51,048 bases of DNA from Octopus bimaculoides (Eukaryota), in the NCBI RefSeq assembly GCF_001194135.2, contig NC_068984.1, positions 139,080,248 through 139,131,295 of the forward strand, in the 5' to 3' direction. The notes under the pieces are model-generated. The model saw nothing but the letters and a program-made list of their open reading frames with translations, did not search any database and had not been told where the DNA came from. Numbering within the stretch: position 1 is the stretch's first letter; each line of letters opens with the position of its first letter. Below, one piece after another: positions 47,904-51,048 of the stretch. The translations under genes and the position numbers were made by a program.

Positions 47904-48034
47904 GGCGGCGAGCTGGCAGAAACGTTAACACACCGGGCGAAATGCTTCTCGGTATTTCGTCTGCCGTTATGTTCTGAGTTCAAATTCCGCCGAGGTCGTC
48001 TTTGCCTTTCACTCTTTCACCCTTTCGTGTCGAC
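47904..48034 (+). mobile_element. SINE B, near-consensus head, 3'-truncated
   Basis: ggcggcgagctggcagaaacgttaacacaccgggcgaaatgc...gagttcaaattccgccgagg. Confidence 0.9.
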
Positions 48035-48508
48035 ATATATGGTACATGCACGCCAGGGAAATATGTTCAATGTATGACTTATGATGCACAGGACCGGCAA
48101 AGGGTTAAAACTAATCTCGTCTCTCCAGTGTTTGCGCTTCAAGAAACGAAAACCAAAAAAAAAGCTACTTAGAAACGAAGTCATAATTTTAGCGGACGCC
48201 CATTTGATTGGCAGGTGTGTCAAACTACGCCCATAAATCTCAACACCTGGCCTCGTTTCTTCTTTACATATCCACGTCCAAAATTAATGATACACAGAGA
48301 CGTAAGTAAGATTATAATAAGTCATGGTTTAAAAAAGGAAGTACTGGCTTTTCGCTAAGGCATCAATATCTAACAACTGCTTTTATCAGCATTCCTTCTC
48401 AATATCAATACCTTCCTAAAGGTCCATTTCTCCTGTCTCTTTATCATCATTATCATCTTTCCATTGAATATTATCATTATATAATGTTAAATACTTTTGA
48501 TGCAGCAA

Positions 48509-48711
48509 AATGACAGAATTGTTAGCATGCCGGACAAAATGTAGACGTATTTTTTTCCGATTTTACGTTCTGTGTTCAAATTTCGCGAAGGCCGAGTTTC
48601 TCGTTCATCTTTTCGGGTCGATAAAATAATACCAGTTAAACACCGGGGTCGATATAATCGATTTACTCCTTCCCTTAAAATCGATGGCGCTCTTACTAAA
48701 ATTTGAAACCA
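48509..48711 (+). mobile_element. SINE B, diverged
   Basis: gacagaattgttagcatgccggac...gggtcgataaaataataccag...gggtcgatataatcga. Confidence 0.8.
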
Positions 48712-48947
48712 TCATTATTTTCCTCCGCCTATTCCTCTTTTCTTCTCCGTCGCTTCCTCCCTTCTACTTCACTAATTCGTCTCCCCCCTTCTCATCCATC
48801 TTCTTATCCCCTTACTCCACTTCCTTCTTTTTATTCAGTTTTCTTTTCTTCTTCCCTTCTATTTTTCCTTCTTATCCTTCTTCACCTTCTCTTTCTACGT
48901 TCTTCTTCTTCTACCCCTTCTTCCTCGTCTTTTCTTTCTACGTTCGT

Positions 48948-49087
48948 GTTCTTCTTCTTCTTCTTCTTCTTCTTCTTCTTCTTCTTCTTCTTCTTCTTCT
49001 TCTTCTTCTTCTTTTTCTTCTTCTTCTTCTTCTTCTTCTNNNNNNNNNNTCTTCTTCTTCTTCTTCTTCTTCTTCTTCTTCTTCTTC
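48948..49087 (+). repeat. (TTC)n microsatellite
   Basis: Direct inspection. Confidence 0.97.
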
Positions 49088-49452
49088 TATTGTGGCAGTA
49101 GTGGTGGTGGTGATGATAGTGGTGGAAATCAAAACTAGTGTCAGCCAACTCTAATGTTATATTTCTATGCTAATACAATAAATGTTTCCAGCTTATAGCT
49201 AAAAGGGATATTTAATGAAATTTATCTTACGTGACGATAATTTCAAAGACTAAATGCACCAAACAAACATTTTAAATAATTGATTAATTTATTTATTGAA
49301 ATATAAGGAAAACCTAAATATTCTCTCTTCTAAGCGAATAAACTTTTTAATGCCGTCAGCTATAAAATATCTTTGTCAACGATGAAAATGTTTGTCTATG
49401 TGATAAATGAATTGTAGTAGCTGAGCGGTTGATATAAAAACATGTCCTACAC

Positions 49453-49738
49453 GGATCCATGGTCTAGTGGTTAGAGCCACGGGCTCGAATCTCAGCACGA
49501 GCGATGAGTGTGTTTATGAGCGAAACACCCTAAGCTCCACACGGCTCCGGTAGAAGGTAATGACCAACTTCTGTTGACTCTTTTGCCATAGATTTCTTTC
49601 ACTCCTTCTTCCTGCATCTGGCAGCTCAACTGTGACAGACCGGCGTCCTGTCCAGGTGGGGAAGCTATGCGCCAATGAAACCGAGAAACCGGCCCTTATG
49701 AGACAAGCATGGCTCGAGAAGGAACAAACAACAACAAT
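49453..49738 (+). mobile_element. SINE E (head related to family C, distinct body, (AAC)n tail)
   Basis: ccatggtctagtggttagagc head, gtgtgtttatgagcgaaacaccctaagctccac shared with C, tail ggctcgagaaggaacaaacaacaac. Confidence 0.75.
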
Positions 49739-49802
49739 GGTGTATATCTTCTACTTAAGTTCCTTTATTTTATTTTAATACTTTATTTCATTTTATTATT
49801 TG

Positions 49803-50154
49803 CTATTTCTATTGCTGGGACCCCCTTCGGTCATGACTGACCATGGGATTGTACCTAGAAAGTTACCATCCGAGGCACAAGTCCGGCAAGGTTGTTTTAT
49901 GGAAGATCAGCAGTCACCCATGCATACCGGTCTCCTCTCTCCACGCCACCAGTATTATCCAAGGGAAAGGCAAAGGGGCCGATACAGCTTGGTACCTGTG
50001 ACGTCGCAACTCATTTCTACAGCCGAGTGAACTGGAGCAACGTGAAATAAAGTGTCTTGCTCAAGAACACAACACGCAGCCCGGTCTGGGATTCGAACTC
50101 ACAACCTCGCGATCATTAGCTCGACGCTCTAACCACTGAGCCATGCGCCTTCAC
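49803..50154 (-). mobile_element. SINE D, full length (tRNA head + CORE-like segment)
   Basis: Minus strand: gtgaaggcgcatggctcagtggttagagc...gagttcgaatccc...gtgttcttgagcaagacactttatttcacgttgctccagttcac. Confidence 0.9.
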
Positions 50155-50600
50155 AACAGCTTATTTACATTGAGCTGTTGGTATTTATGTTTTTCTTCAA
50201 GGAATATGGATGCTTAGGCGCAAGCGCATATTTTATTTTTGCATCATAGATATGTTTGCGTCGTTTACACTTTGCGTTATGTACACTGAAGATACGTGTT
50301 TATAACACCATATTACATAACATATATGTACATATTGAGACAAGGAGAGGAAAAGATAGAGAAAAAGAGGAGAGAAAGGGTCAGAGAAACAACTAAAACA
50401 TTTAAATTGTTATAATGGCAGCGTGAGGGTAATGGTTCTTTCATGATTGTTCTATACATCGGAAATAGCTTATGAAGAAACAGGGCAGACATTGACTGTT
50501 AGGGATTGAACCAGAAAATATCGTTTCACGTCTCATATAATAAAAGCTGGATTCCACCTCAAAGTTGATACCAACAACTGCCAAGCATGCGTAAATATAT

Positions 50601-50668
<68 letters not shown>

Positions 50669-50699
50669 CACACACACACGCACGCACACACATATATAT

Positions 50700-50851
50700 A
50701 GGCAAATCAAAAATTAGAAATTAAGAATCACAAAAAAACAATGCAATAGAAGTCAAAAGGCCGTACACAAGGAATGTATAAGCTTGACGCATAGTAAAGG
50801 TGGGAAAAAGAGTAAGTGTATAACGTTTCGGGCATAGCTCCTCGTCAGATA
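50700..50851 (-). mobile_element. Short Penelope-terminus-like element carrying a hammerhead motif (copy 4), 5' side lost to (TA)n/SINE A
   Basis: HHR motif followed by a pyrimidine tract and gcgtcaa, as in copies 1-3. Confidence 0.5.
50819..50851 (-). ncRNA. Minimal type-I hammerhead motif (CUGACGA core)
   Basis: Minus strand: TAT-CTGACGA-GG(A)GC(TAT)GCCC-GAAA-CG-TT-ATA; only 3 bp of stem I remain. Confidence 0.55.
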
Positions 50852-50861
50852 TATATATATG

Positions 50862-51048
50862 GAGTGGCTGTGTAGTACGTAGCTTGATTACCAACCACAT
50901 GGTTCCGGGTTCAGTCCCACTGCGTAGCACCTTGGGCAAGTGTCTTCTACTATAACCTCGGGTTGACCAAAGCCTTGTGAGTGGATTTGGTAGACGGAAA
51001 CTGAAAGAAGCCCGTCGTATAAATGTATATATGTGTATGTGTGTGTAC
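50862..51048 (+). mobile_element. SINE A 5' module running off the window end
   Basis: ggagtggctgtg...ggtagacggaaactgaaagaagcccgtcgtata followed by microsatellite. Confidence 0.9.

Noticed and set aside
48018-48108. piggyBac MITE (CCCTTT...AAAGGG-TTAA)
   Set aside because: The left 'TIR' is explained by the SINE B cctttcggggtcga module and lacks TTAA.

Overview
AT-rich eukaryotic (metazoan) non-coding DNA from a draft assembly with 11 N-gaps, almost all abutting microsatellites. From recall of its SINE families and microsatellite load it is most likely an Octopus genome; this is not verified by a search. There is no prokaryotic gene content, CRISPR array, rRNA or real tRNA gene. Nearly all ORFs in the supplied track are microsatellite, SINE or gap artefacts. 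Supported content: (1) about 40 copies or fragments of five tRNA-headed SINE families (labelled A-E here), some with clear target-site duplications (TSDs); (2) a decayed ~2.5 kb non-LTR retrotransposon with RT, CCHC knuckle and restriction-like endonuclease (R4/Dong- or NeSL-like) at 13.56-16.09 kb; (3) RTE-type LINE crumbs and orphan mariner/hAT termini; (4) many microsatellites and a 4x TTAGGG interstitial telomere tract; (5) a candidate Pol II promoter and first coding exon at 27.0-27.8 kb. The most interesting signal is four dispersed copies of a short, microsatellite-embedded element family carrying minimal type-I hammerhead ribozyme motifs of the Penelope-associated kind. Two of them share a non-canonical CUGUUGA core. 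Also notable is one AT-rich target site hit repeatedly by SINE B in both orientations, which creates a long inverted repeat. Element boundaries were read by eye and are approximate to about 10 bp.
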